Counted from the first letter of the whole stretch, positions 1-9,965 are shown. The stretch: DNA of 63,875 nt, filler included, from 5 parts of 5 records of this genome joined end to end with filler, not necessarily neighbours in it; one strand, 5' to 3'. Notes: generated by a model not told the origin, from the letters alone. Numbers and translations: made by a program.

Positions 1-433
1 ACAATGGCAGGCGCGTTTTCGGGGGGCGCAAAGCGTGAGAAGAACGAGTTGCCTCGACAAGTTGCAAAGGCAAGTAAATACGGCTCGCTATTGACACGGT
101 GCGTCAAAACTGGATAAAAGTTGACGTGTTCGAGTCGTCACATCGTTTTCACCATGATCCCACGCATCCTCTCCATGAAGTTCGCGTAGACGGGCTGTTG
201 CCGTGTTTTCATAGCGTCCGGCAAAGAAGAATGCCGAGTTTTCTCCCGATTTTGGCAGGGGCCAGAACCGATAGGGACGAGTGCTCCGCGTTTGAGGATC
301 GCGCGCTATCACACACGAAAGATCGTGTGAGGAGAGGGTTATTTTTACCCGATTCGAGCGTGGATGGCGTCTTCTCGAAGAAGACGAGCGATGTGAGATC
401 CAGAAACCAGTATTGCAAGCGAATCGAGGGGCG

Positions 434-1465
434 ATGAGCACGCAAAGTTTCGAGGTGGGTGGTCGCCGGATCTATCAAGTGATCGATCTTGGCCGCGTGC
501 TCCTCGATGAGGAGACGCAACCTCGCGTCAGCATCGACGAGCAGACCGTCCAGGAATATGTAGAGCGGATGAAGGTCGCAGAGGATGCGACCGTGATCGA
601 CAGTGAGGGCGTGATGTTCACGCCTATCGTGGTGTTCGATGACGGCGAGCGCCGGTGGCTCGCGGATGGTTTCCACCGTGTCGAGGCGGCAAAGCGCGCG
701 GGGATCGTGAGCTTCCAGGCGCAGCTTCGTCGTGGGAGCAAGCGCGACGCGATCTTGCACTCTCTGGGCGCGAACGCGCGCCATGGCAAGCGCCGCACCA
801 ACGCTGACAAGCGCCAGGCCGTCGAGCGCGCCTTGCTCGATGAGGACTGGGGGAGCCAATCGGACTCGAGCGTCGCAGAGATTTGCTGTGTCTCCCAGCC
901 GTTTGTCTCCAAGGTTCGCCGCGATATGGTCGCGCAGGGCGATCTCGAACCTCAGCAGGTTCGCCAGGGTGCTGACGGCAAGCTCTACAACGTGAGTAAC
1001 ATCGGGGGGCAATCGAGCGGTCGCATCAAGCGCTCCCCTTCTGGCAACGCCTCGAGGAGCGCGCTCCCCTGTGATTCGAAGGTCCGCGTCATCAACCAGC
1101 TCGAGAACTGCGAGCTGGACGAGGGGAGCGTGCAGGTCCTCTTTGCCAGGGATCTCGTGCGCAACGACTGGTACGAAGTCGCCAACCGCGGCGTCGCGCT
1201 CCTGAAGGAGGGCGGCGTCTTGATCGTCCCACAGACCAGAGATCTCTGCTTCGCTGTCTCACACCTGATGCGAGAGCGCATTCGTTATCAGGGCGCGACC
1301 GTGTTGCCAGACGCGGCGATTTTCCAGGTTTGGTCGAGTGAGGGTGGCAAAGAAATCCCCTCTCGCATCGAAACCATCGAGGAGCTCTTTGCCACCTTCG
1401 ACCCAGAAGGTGTGAGAATCGTGGAGTTTTCTCCGGGTCACATCGAGCAAGAAGCGCCCGCTTGA
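434..1465 (+). CDS. ParB/Srx N-terminal domain protein with HTH and C-terminal degenerate methyltransferase-like region
   Basis: TQPRVSID...PIVVFDDGERRWLADGFHRVEAA (ParB-N, DGxHR), then ANARHGKRRTNADKRQAV...WGSQSDSSVAEICCVSQPFVSKVR (HTH). ATG at 434 follows GAGGGG. Confidence 0.75.
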   Translation: MSTQSFEVGGRRIYQVIDLGRVLLDEETQPRVSIDEQTVQEYVERMKVAEDATVIDSEGVMFTPIVVFDDGERRWLADGFHRVEAAKRAGIVSFQAQLRRGSKRDAILHSLGANARHGKRRTNADKRQAVERALLDEDWGSQSDSSVAEICCVSQPFVSKVRRDMVAQGDLEPQQVRQGADGKLYNVSNIGGQSSGRIKRSPSGNASRSALPCDSKVRVINQLENCELDEGSVQVLFARDLVRNDWYEVANRGVALLKEGGVLIVPQTRDLCFAVSHLMRERIRYQGATVLPDAAIFQVWSSEGGKEIPSRIETIEELFATFDPEGVRIVEFSPGHIEQEAPA

Positions 1466-1632
1466 GTGAATTGACCGCGCGATAAAAAAAGAGGTTGTCG
1501 CGAAAGCCTCACGCGATAGTATAAGGACGTTGATGTCCACGGACCGACCTTGTAGAGCTCAAAACCGTTATAAGCTCTGCATCATTAACTTAAGTTTAAA
1601 AACCAAACCTACTTCGATCTACGGCGCGATTG

Positions 1633-2061
1633 ATGGAAGAAAAGGACGAACAACAACGGGAAGGGGCCTACACTGATTGGCGTGAGTACCGCCGCCAGCT
1701 GGCCTGGGATATGGTGCAAAAGGGCCTCTCGCAGAAGAGCGTGGCCGAGCTTCTGGATGTGACGCAAGCCGCTGTCTCACAGTGGGTCAAGCGCGCGCGC
1801 GAGCAGGGTCACGAGGCGCTCAAGGCGCAGCCCTACCCCGAGCGAGCAAAGAAGCTCGCCAACGAGCACATCGAGAACCTTCGCAGGATGCTCGCCGAGG
1901 GCGCAGAGGCTCACGGCTTCGGTGATCGCTGGACCACGGACCGCGTCGTCGAGCTCATCGAGGAGCACTTCGAGATCACCTACCACCCCGCGCACATCTC
2001 TCGTTTGATGCGTCAGTGGGGCTTTGTCTGGATCGGTGTCGCGGGTTGGGTGATGCCCTGA
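1633..2061 (+). CDS. IS630-transposase-type N-terminal HTH/winged-helix protein, no DDE domain
   Basis: WREYRRQLAW...SQKSVAELLDVTQAAVSQWVKRAREQG (HTH) and GAEAHGFGDRWTTDRVVELIEEHFEITYHPAHISRLMRQWGF (winged HTH typical of IS630 ORF-A). Stops before any catalytic domain. Confidence 0.75.
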   Translation: MEEKDEQQREGAYTDWREYRRQLAWDMVQKGLSQKSVAELLDVTQAAVSQWVKRAREQGHEALKAQPYPERAKKLANEHIENLRRMLAEGAEAHGFGDRWTTDRVVELIEEHFEITYHPAHISRLMRQWGFVWIGVAGWVMP

Positions 2062-2098
2062 GAGGACCCGATTTGGGGATCTTAATTTTTTCGTGCAG

Positions 2099-2121
2099 AG
2101 CCCCTCTTTCGAGGGGCTTTT
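2099..2121 (+). terminator. Rho-independent terminator
   Basis: AGCCCCTC-TTTC-GAGGGGCT stem-loop followed by TTT, about 40 bp after the HTH gene stop. Confidence 0.7.
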
Positions 2122-2182
2122 CATTTCTCGTGACATCTTCGAAGAGCCGGTGACTGGCCGTTCAGAAGGCATCAGGTATGGC

Positions 2183-2212
2183 TTGACAAGGTGCCCTCGA
2201 CGTTATTACTTT
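2183..2212 (+). promoter_or_regulatory. putative sigma70 promoter of the pfa operon
   Basis: TTGACA-N18-TACTTT about 130 bp upstream of pfaD. Confidence 0.4.
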
Positions 2213-2339
2213 CGCGTCGCGAAATGTGGAAAAAAGTCGGGGAGCTAAAAGCGCTGCTTTCACTCCCCTTCGCGATGGCACGCCACATAGGTTTGATGGC
2301 AAGTGCTGTTCTCCCGATATGAGATCTGGGTAAAGATTC

Positions 2340-3950
2340 ATGACCGACGCGATGTTTGGCGCCTGGGAACCTGGTGCGCTTCCTCCTGTCTTCGATCAAC
2401 GCGATATTCTCCAGCGTGTGGCTTCGCCACGCCAGCCTTTGATGGTGATCCGTGAGGTCGCCACCGGTAGGTTTGGCCTCGCGCAAGGCGGTCGCATCAC
2501 CTCGAGCGCCTCGCCGGATTATACCATCGTCGCCACGCTCGGCGCGCTCTACCCCGAGTGGTTGGGCGATCGAGGCTTCTGCGAGGCACACGGTGTCCGG
2601 TTCCCCTACGTCGCTGGCGCCATGGCCAATGGCATCGCCACAGCTGATATGGTGATCGCGATGGCGCGAGCAGGGATGCTCGGCTTCTTTGGCGCGGCTG
2701 GCCTGGGCTACGAGAAGGTCGTCGCGGGCATCGATCGCATCATCGAGGGCGTGGCGGATATGCCCGGCGCGAGCTGGGGCGCGAACCTGATTCACTCCCC
2801 CAACGAGCCGATGCTCGAAGATCGCGTCGCGCAGCTCTTTATCGAGCGTGGCGTCAAGCGCGTCTCCGCGTCCGCCTACATGAAGCTCACGCCGAGCATC
2901 GTCTGGTACGCATATAAAGGCGTAAAAACTGGACCCTCCGGGCAAATTCTTCGCGATCGCTACGTCTTCGCCAAGATCTCCCGTCAGGAGACCGCGCGCC
3001 ACTTCATGAACCCCGCGCCCGAAGCGATGCTTCGTGATCTCGTCGAGCGCGGCAGGTTGACCGCTGACGAGGCTCGTCTGGCAGAGCATCTGCCCGTCGC
3101 AGAAGATATCACCGCAGAGTCGGACTCTGGCGGTCACACCGACAACAGGCCGCTCGCCGCGCTCTTCCCCGATGTCTGCGCGGCGCGCGACGAGGTCATG
3201 CAGCAACGCCAGTACACGCGTCCCATTCGCGTCGGCGCCGCCGGTGGCCTGGGCACGCCAGGTGCGCTCGCGGGAGCATTCTCCATGGGCGCGGCTTATG
3301 TGCTGACCGGTTCGGTGAACCAGAGCGCGCTGGAGGCAGGCCTGAGCAAGGAAGGCAAGGCGATGCTCGCGCTCGCGGGCCTTACGGATGTGATCATGGC
3401 CCCCGCCGCGGATATGTTCGAGCTCGGCGTCGAGGTCCAGGTCCTGCGTCGCGGGACGATGTTTGGCACGCGCGCTCAGAAGCTGCACCATTACTACACG
3501 ACCTACCCTTCGCTCGATGCGATCCCTGCAAAGGAGCGCGAGCAGCTCGAGAAGCGCGTGCTCGGCGAATCGATCGCGAACATCTGGGCGGACACGGCGC
3601 GATTCTGGGGCAAACGCGATCCCGCCGAGGTCGAGCGCGCCGAGCGCGATCCGAAGCACAAGATGGCGCTCGTGTTCCGCTGGTATCTCGGAAAGGCGAG
3701 CAAGTGGGCTATAGATGGTGAGTCCGGTCGTGGGCTCGACTACCAGATCTGGTGTGGACCGGCCATGGGCGCGTTCAACACCTGGGTGAAGGGCTCCTTC
3801 CTGGAGGACCCCGCAAATCGCGAGGTCGCTCAGATCGCGCTCAACCTGCTCGAGGGCGCCGCTGTCATCACGCGCGCTCAGCAACTTCGCACACTGGGGG
3901 TCCCCGTCCCCGCTGGCGCGTTTGACTTCAGGCCGAGACCGCTGCGATAG
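2340..3950 (+). CDS. pfaD: PUFA synthase enoyl reductase (PfaD / myxobacterial Pfa1)
   Basis: YVAGAMANGIA, ESDSGGHTDNRPL, RVGAAGGLGTP, VLTGSVNQ, MAPAADMFELGV, DYQIWCGPAMGAFN motifs of the PfaD family. Confidence 0.95.
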   Translation: MTDAMFGAWEPGALPPVFDQRDILQRVASPRQPLMVIREVATGRFGLAQGGRITSSASPDYTIVATLGALYPEWLGDRGFCEAHGVRFPYVAGAMANGIATADMVIAMARAGMLGFFGAAGLGYEKVVAGIDRIIEGVADMPGASWGANLIHSPNEPMLEDRVAQLFIERGVKRVSASAYMKLTPSIVWYAYKGVKTGPSGQILRDRYVFAKISRQETARHFMNPAPEAMLRDLVERGRLTADEARLAEHLPVAEDITAESDSGGHTDNRPLAALFPDVCAARDEVMQQRQYTRPIRVGAAGGLGTPGALAGAFSMGAAYVLTGSVNQSALEAGLSKEGKAMLALAGLTDVIMAPAADMFELGVEVQVLRRGTMFGTRAQKLHHYYTTYPSLDAIPAKEREQLEKRVLGESIANIWADTARFWGKRDPAEVERAERDPKHKMALVFRWYLGKASKWAIDGESGRGLDYQIWCGPAMGAFNTWVKGSFLEDPANREVAQIALNLLEGAAVITRAQQLRTLGVPVPAGAFDFRPRPLR

Positions 3951-4034
3951 CGGTGTTGGCCCGGTAAGTCCCAAGAAAGCTTTCAAAGATTCAGATAGAT
4001 CAATCGTACTGCACGTTCCCACCAAGGAGCATCG

Positions 4035-7000
4035 ATGTCCTCGCAATATCCCCCCGTCGCGATTGTTGGCGCCAGCGCTCTCTTTCCTGGCTCCATTCAC
4101 AAGGGCAAGTTCTGGAAGAACATCCTCGAGGGTCATGACCTGTTGAGCGAAGTGCCCGAGACGCACTGGTTGCTCGACGATTACTACGACCCCGACCCAA
4201 CCACGCCAGACAAGACCTACGCGCAGCGAGGGGGATTCTTGCCTGTGACGGAGTTCTCGCCGATGGACTTTGGCGTCCCGCCAAACATCATCCCGGCCAC
4301 GGACACCGCGCAGCTGCTCGCGCTCAACGTCGCACAACGCGTCCTCGAGGATGCCGCCGGTGGCGACTTCTCCGAGATGGATCGCGACAAGATCAGCGTC
4401 GTGCTCGGCGTCGCGTCGGCCACGGAGCTGGTGGGCCACATGTCAGGTCGCCTCCAGCAACCTGTCTGGGAGCGCGCGCTGCGCAACATCGGCCTCCCCG
4501 AAGAGCAAGTGCAAGCGTTCAGCCGAGAGGTCGCCGCGAGCTACGTCGAGTGGCAGGAGAGCACCTTCCCCGGTTTGCTCGGGAACGTGGTCGCCGGTCG
4601 CATCGCGAACCGCCTCGACCTCGGCGGCACGAACTGTGTGGTCGATGCCGCGTGCGCGTCCTCGTTGGCAGCGCTCGAGATCGGCCTCAACGAGCTCTAC
4701 CTCGGTCAGTCGGATCTGGTGATCGGCGGCGGCGTCGATACGCTCAACGACATCCTGATGTTCATGTGCTTTAGCAAGACGACCGCGCTGTCGGTGTCTG
4801 GCGATTGCCGCCCCTTCTCGGATCAAGCCGACGGCACGATGCTCGGTGAGGGCATTGGCATGGTCGCGCTCAAGCGACTCGAAGATGCAGAGCGTGACGG
4901 TGACAAGATCTATGCAGTGATTCAGGGCCTCGGCAGCTCCTCTGACGGTCGCGCCAAGAGTATCTATGCGCCCGTGTCTGAAGGTCAGGCCAAGGCGTTG
5001 CGCCGTTGCTATGAGCGCGCGGGTTACGGCCCAGAGACTGTCGAGCTCGTCGAAGCGCACGGCACGGGCACCAAGGCTGGCGACGCTGCCGAGTTTGGCG
5101 GCCTCAAGATGATCTTCGAAGACGAGACGGACACCGATCAGAAGCAATGGTGCGCGCTCGGCTCGGTCAAATCACAGGTCGGTCACACCAAGGCCGCCGC
5201 TGGTTCGGCGGGCCTGTTCAAGGTCGCCATGGCGCTCCACCACCGCGTCATCCCGCCGACGATCAAGATCGACAAGCCAAACCCGCTCATCGATGTCGAC
5301 AACAGCCCCTTCTACCTGAACACGACCTCGCGCCCCTGGGTTCGCGGCTCGAAGCACCCTCGTCGCGCGTCGGTGAGTTCGTTCGGGTTTGGCGGCACCA
5401 ACTTCCACGTCGCGCTCGAAGAGTACAAGGGCGAGGGACGCCAGTGGCGTATACGCTCGCAGCCATGCGAGCTCTTTGCCTGGTCGGCTGATTCGGCGAG
5501 CGAGCTTCTGGCGAACGTGACCGAGGTGATGAACGACATCGATCACCACGATGACATGTTCGAGTTCTTCGCTCGTCAGTCGCAACAGAACGCTGCGTCG
5601 GGCAAGTCTTCGAGGCTCGCGGTCGTCGCGAACAACGCCGAGGATCTCAAGAAGAAGCTCAAGCTTGTCCACGCGCACCTCGAGCGCTCGCCAACGAGCA
5701 ACTACAGCACGCCCAACGGTATCCAGTACACGCACGGCACAGACGCGGGCAAGGTCGCCTTCCTCTTCCCTGGTCAGGGCAGCCAGTATGTGAACATGGG
5801 CAATCAGCTCGCCATCCACTTCGAGCGCGTGCTCGATGTCTGGGATCGCACCGCAGATATGACGTTCGATGAGAACGTCGCGCTTCACGACGTCGTCTTC
5901 CCGAGGACCTCGTGGAGCGAGGCCGAGACGCAGCGCCAGCGCGAGCAAATCACCGCCACCGAGTGGGCACAGCCCGCCATCGGCGCGGCGAGCCTCGGCG
6001 TTCGTACACTGCTCGACGCGATGGGCGTCCGCGCTGATGTGGTCGCAGGCCATAGCTTCGGCGAGCTCACAGCGCTCTACCACGCAGGCGTTTACTCGGA
6101 GGAAGACTTCCTTCGCATCGCGCGCAAGCGCGGCGAGTTGATGGCGGCTGCCTCGGATCTCGACGGCGCCATGACCGCGGTTGTTGCAGATGTCGACACG
6201 GTCGTCGCGCGCCTCGAAGAATGGGGCGTGGATGTCGTGATCGCCAATCACAACAGCCCATCTCAGGTCGTCCTCTCGGGCGCCACGAGCGCGATCGAAG
6301 AGGTCGAAGGGCACCTGGCAAACGCGGGGATGAAGTACAAGCGACTCAAGGTCGCGACCGCGTTCCACTCCCCATTGGTGAGTGATTCGAGCGCGCCGCT
6401 CAAGACATTCCTCGACGAGGTCGCGTTCTCCGCGCCAAAGCTCGATGTCTACGCCAACAGCACCGCAGACGTGTACCCTGAGGATGCAGACCAGATGCGT
6501 GGATTGCTCGCCGGGCAGGTCGCGCAACCCGTGCGCTTTGTCGAGCAGCTCCAGGCGATGTACGAGGCTGGCGTGCGCACCTTCATCGAGGTCGGTCCAG
6601 AGGCCGTCCTCTCGAACCTCGTGACGCGCACGCTCAAGGGCGATGACCTCAACGTCATCGCGACCGATCGTCGTGGCAAGCACAGCGTGGAGATGTTCAC
6701 GTTGGCGCTCGCGCAGATGTTCACCGCAGGTCTCGAGCTCGACTTCTCCGTCCTGTGGGATGGCTACAAGGAGGTCGACGATCCTCGCCAGCGCAAGGCA
6801 TCGCGTTTCTCCGTCGAACTCGGCGGCGCGAACTACAACAAGCCCTCGCCATACCGCGAGCCAACCGCAGAGGCGGTGGCGGCAGCAGCGAGCCTCAACG
6901 AGCCTCGCGTCGTCGAGAAGATCGTCGAGGTCGAGGTCGAAAAGATCGTCGAAGTGCCCGTGCCTGTGGCCAATGGACACGCACACGCGCCTTCACATGC

Positions 7001-7559
7001 ACCATCGCACGCACCTGCTCCGGCAGCGTCGGTGGACAGCAGCTGGCTCGACACATTCGAGCGGATGCAAGAAGAGACCGCGCGCGCTCAGGCCGAGTAT
7101 CAGCGCATGATGGCCGAGAGCCACACCGCGTTCCTCGACATGGCGCAGGCGACGCTCGCGAACCTGTCCGGTGTCGAGGCGCAGAAGCCTGTGGCCGCAG
7201 ATGATGTGGTCGGGAAGATGACCTTCCCGAGCTTTGCAGCACCGACCAACGGTCATCATATCAATGGCAACGGCGCGAGCAGCGCTCGCGCAGAAGCGGG
7301 CGCTTCGTTCGCACCCTCTTCTTACACAGCGCCTGCGCCAAAGCCCGCGCCAGCCATGGAAATGCGCGCTCCTGTGAGCACGCCTCCCGTGTCTGCGCCA
7401 AAGGTGAGCAAGCCTGCGGCTCCGGTCGCGAAGACGCCCGCGCCTGCTCCAACACCAACTCCTGTGGCACCGACGCCAAAGGCCGCTCCTGCATCGCAGG
7501 GAGTGGACTTGACCGCGGTGATGTTGTCAGTGGTCGCCGAGAAGACGGGTTATCCCGAG
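4035..7559 (+). CDS. pfaA: PUFA synthase PfaA-like iterative type I PKS (KS-MAT-linker-ACP), truncated at contig end
   Basis: KS motifs DAACASS, HGTGT, KSQVGHTK; AT motifs FPGQGSQ, GHSFG, AFHS; Pro/Ala linker; start of a PfaA-type ACP (VVAEKTGYPE). Confidence 0.92.
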
Positions 7560-7659
7560 NNNNNNNNNNNNNNNNNNNNNNNNNNNNNNNNNNNNNNNNN
7601 NNNTTAATTAATTAANNNNNNNNNNNNNNNNNNNNNNNNNNNNNNNNNNNNNNNNNNNN
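7560..7659. other. artificial contig spacer
   Basis: 44 N + TTAATTAATTAA (stops in all six frames) + 44 N. Confidence 0.99.
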
Positions 7660-7992
7660 ATTCGGCGTCGTGTTGTTGGCGGTGGTGTTATTTCCCGTCG
7701 TGGTGTTGTTGGTGCTGACGGGTGGACACATGCCGGTGACGGGGTTGACGGTGCCGCCGCCAGGACAGGTCGTGGCGTTGTTGCCCGAGGTCATGTTGTT
7801 GCCAGCCCCAGAGGGCTGGCAGACGCCCGTGATCGGGTTCTCGACCTCACCATCAGGGCAGCTGGTGGCAGCGTTGTTGTCTTCGGGGGTCACATCCTCG
7901 GAACACCCGCTCGCGGCAATAAGCGTCGCGGCGCAGAGAAACGCTCCGAGGGAGCGAAGGAATGTGGTCGGTCGATAAAAGTCGATATTCAT
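7660..7992 (-). CDS. Asn/Thr-rich lipoprotein, N-terminal fragment (3' truncated)
   Basis: Signal peptide ending AASGC, two CPxGxxxNPxTGxC motifs, NNTT low-complexity tract running into the spacer. Confidence 0.7.
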
Positions 7993-8207
7993 GGGCTCCT
8001 CGTAGCACAGAACCTGGCGTCATGATGGTCGCGGTTCGTGGGACGATGCGTTTTGGCCAATTCTCAGGACGACGCAGTATAGCGAAGATCCTCTGTAGAA
8101 TACAATATCCTACACCAGATCCACATAGTAGGTCTTCACCGGAACTTTACGGGTGCCAGAGGGAGATGTAAGGAGAGTGCCCAGGGGACGAGCCGAAGGA
8201 GTCGAAC

Positions 8208-8927
8208 ATGTCTCAATTCCCACTCTCAGAGACCATCCGCGCGGGCGAAGAAGAGCTGACCTCGGAGGAAGCGATCGCGATGCTCGAGTCGCGCATCTCG
8301 CCCGAGCGGCGCGCGCGCATCGCCGAGGTCGTCGCGCAGCGCACTTATTCGATCGTGACGGTGTGTGACAACCTGTATGACACGGGGAACATGGCCGCGG
8401 TGATGCGAAGCGCGGAGGCGATGGGGATCCAGGAGTTTCACGCGATCAACCTGCAGAGCAAGTTCAAGCGCTCGGCGCGGATCACGGCGGGCGCGGACAA
8501 GTGGCTCGACTTTCATATGTGGCGAAAGCGCGAGACGTGCGTGGAGCATTTGAAGGAGCGAGGGTACAGGATCGTCGCGACGCAGCTCTCGGAGGATTGC
8601 GTGGAGATCGGCGAGCTCGACTTCACGGAGGCGCCGACAGCGATCGTGTTTGGCAACGAGCGCGATGGCGTGAGCGAGGAGGTCCTCGAAGCGAGTGATG
8701 TGCGCTGTATTTTGCCGATGTTGGGGTTTGCCGAGAGCTACAACATCTCTGTGGCGGCGGCGTTGAGCTTCTACCACATCCGCCAGGATCGCATCGCGAG
8801 GCAGGGGTTTCACGGGGATCTGAGCGAGCGAGAGCGCCTTCGCCTGCTGGCCGATTACTACATGCGCAGCGTGGATCGGAGCGAGATCGTGCTCGAGAGC
8901 TTGCTCAAGCGGCACGCGACGACATAA
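8208..8927 (+). CDS. trmH: tRNA (guanosine-2'-O)-methyltransferase, TrmH/SpoU family
   Basis: DNLYDTGNMAAVMRSAEAMG, GADKW, IVFGNERDGVS, PMLGFAESYNISVAAA SPOUT motifs. Confidence 0.88.
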   Translation: MSQFPLSETIRAGEEELTSEEAIAMLESRISPERRARIAEVVAQRTYSIVTVCDNLYDTGNMAAVMRSAEAMGIQEFHAINLQSKFKRSARITAGADKWLDFHMWRKRETCVEHLKERGYRIVATQLSEDCVEIGELDFTEAPTAIVFGNERDGVSEEVLEASDVRCILPMLGFAESYNISVAAALSFYHIRQDRIARQGFHGDLSERERLRLLADYYMRSVDRSEIVLESLLKRHATT

Positions 8928-8964
8928 GAAGGAGCGAGCTATTCGTCCTGGGGGCACAACCTCC

Positions 8965-8993
8965 TTGACGGCTAAGGGGTCGATATGTATGGT
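8965..8993 (+). promoter_or_regulatory. sigma70 promoter of rplU-rpmA(-obgE)
   Basis: TTGACG-N17-TATGGT. Confidence 0.6.
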
Positions 8994-9261
8994 TCGTTGC
9001 CCTTCGAGGTGGCCCTGGTTTTCCCAAGGGACCATCAAGGTGACCAGCGACGAGCCCATTCCCACTTGTCCGGCCGCCGTCTCGAAAGAGGACGACATAG
9101 ATAAGGTAGGAAGCATACACGAAGCATCCCCTACCCGACCGACATCTTCTCCCGGCGCGCGGCCACGAAACGCCGCACCGCGACGAGGTCAGGAGCCCTC
9201 GATGAGAGGGGTCGAGCGGGAGTGAAAAGGTGATGCGAGAGAGATAAAGAGGAGTCCAAGA

Positions 9262-9576
9262 ATGCATGCAGTGATCAAGACGGGCGGTAAGCAGTACCGC
9301 GTCCAAGAAGGGGACGTGATCAAGATCGAGAAGCTCGCTGGCGTCGAAGCTGGCGGCGAGGTGGTCTTCGAGAACGTGCTCGCAGTGGGCGCGGGCGAAG
9401 ACATCAAGATCGGCGCACCGCTCGTCGAGGGCGCCACGGTCAAGGCGAGCGTGCTCGAGCAGGGCCGCAGCCGCAAGATCGTGGTCTTCAAGAAGAAGCG
9501 CCGCAAGGATTACCGCCGTAAGCGCGGTCACCGTCAGCACTTCACGCGCGTTCGCATCGAGAGCGTCGAGGCATAA
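9262..9576 (+). CDS. rplU: 50S ribosomal protein L21
   Basis: [14 protein letters not shown]...[23 protein letters not shown]. Confidence 0.98.
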   Translation: MHAVIKTGGKQYRVQEGDVIKIEKLAGVEAGGEVVFENVLAVGAGEDIKIGAPLVEGATVKASVLEQGRSRKIVVFKKKRRKDYRRKRGHRQHFTRVRIESVEA

Positions 9577-9692
9577 ACCACCCGAGCAGTTGGTTAAGGA
9601 GGGTTGGCCCTCACCCCGCAAGCTCGTCAAGGTCGCCAGCAAGTCTTTGTTTTAGAAACAAGAGCGCGACTGATTGGATCAAGGAGAACGAC

Positions 9693-9965
9693 ATGGCACA
9701 CAAGAAAGGACAAGGCTCGACACGTAACGGCCGCGACTCCAACCCGCAGTACCGCGGCGTCAAGCGCTACGGTGGTCAGTGGGTGAACGCGGGCGGCATC
9801 ATCGTTCGCCAGGTGGGGAGCACCTTCCACGCGGGCGACAACGTCGGCACCGGCAAGGACTACACGCTCTTCTCGCTCGTCGACGGCACGGTCGAGTTCC
9901 GCACGCGTCGCGGCGGCCGCAAGACCGTTTCGGTCGTTCCTCACGTCGAGGCGGCAGCCGAGTGA
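9693..9965 (+). CDS. rpmA: 50S ribosomal protein L27
   Basis: [16 protein letters not shown]...GIIVRQ...[12 protein letters not shown]. Confidence 0.98.
   Translation: MAHKKGQGSTRNGRDSNPQYRGVKRYGGQWVNAGGIIVRQVGSTFHAGDNVGTGKDYTLFSLVDGTVEFRTRRGGRKTVSVVPHVEAAAE

Noticed and set aside
1630-2340. Complete IS630 element with a programmed frameshift
   Set aside because: No DDE-encoding frame follows the HTH ORF, a terminator intervenes, and no terminal inverted repeats were found.
2172-6986. Long minus-strand ORFs (755, 234 and 604 aa) opposite pfaD/pfaA
   Set aside because: Antisense shadows of high-GC coding sequence with no recognisable motifs. The same applies to 14579-16687, 12847-14007, 33299-35485 and similar ORFs.
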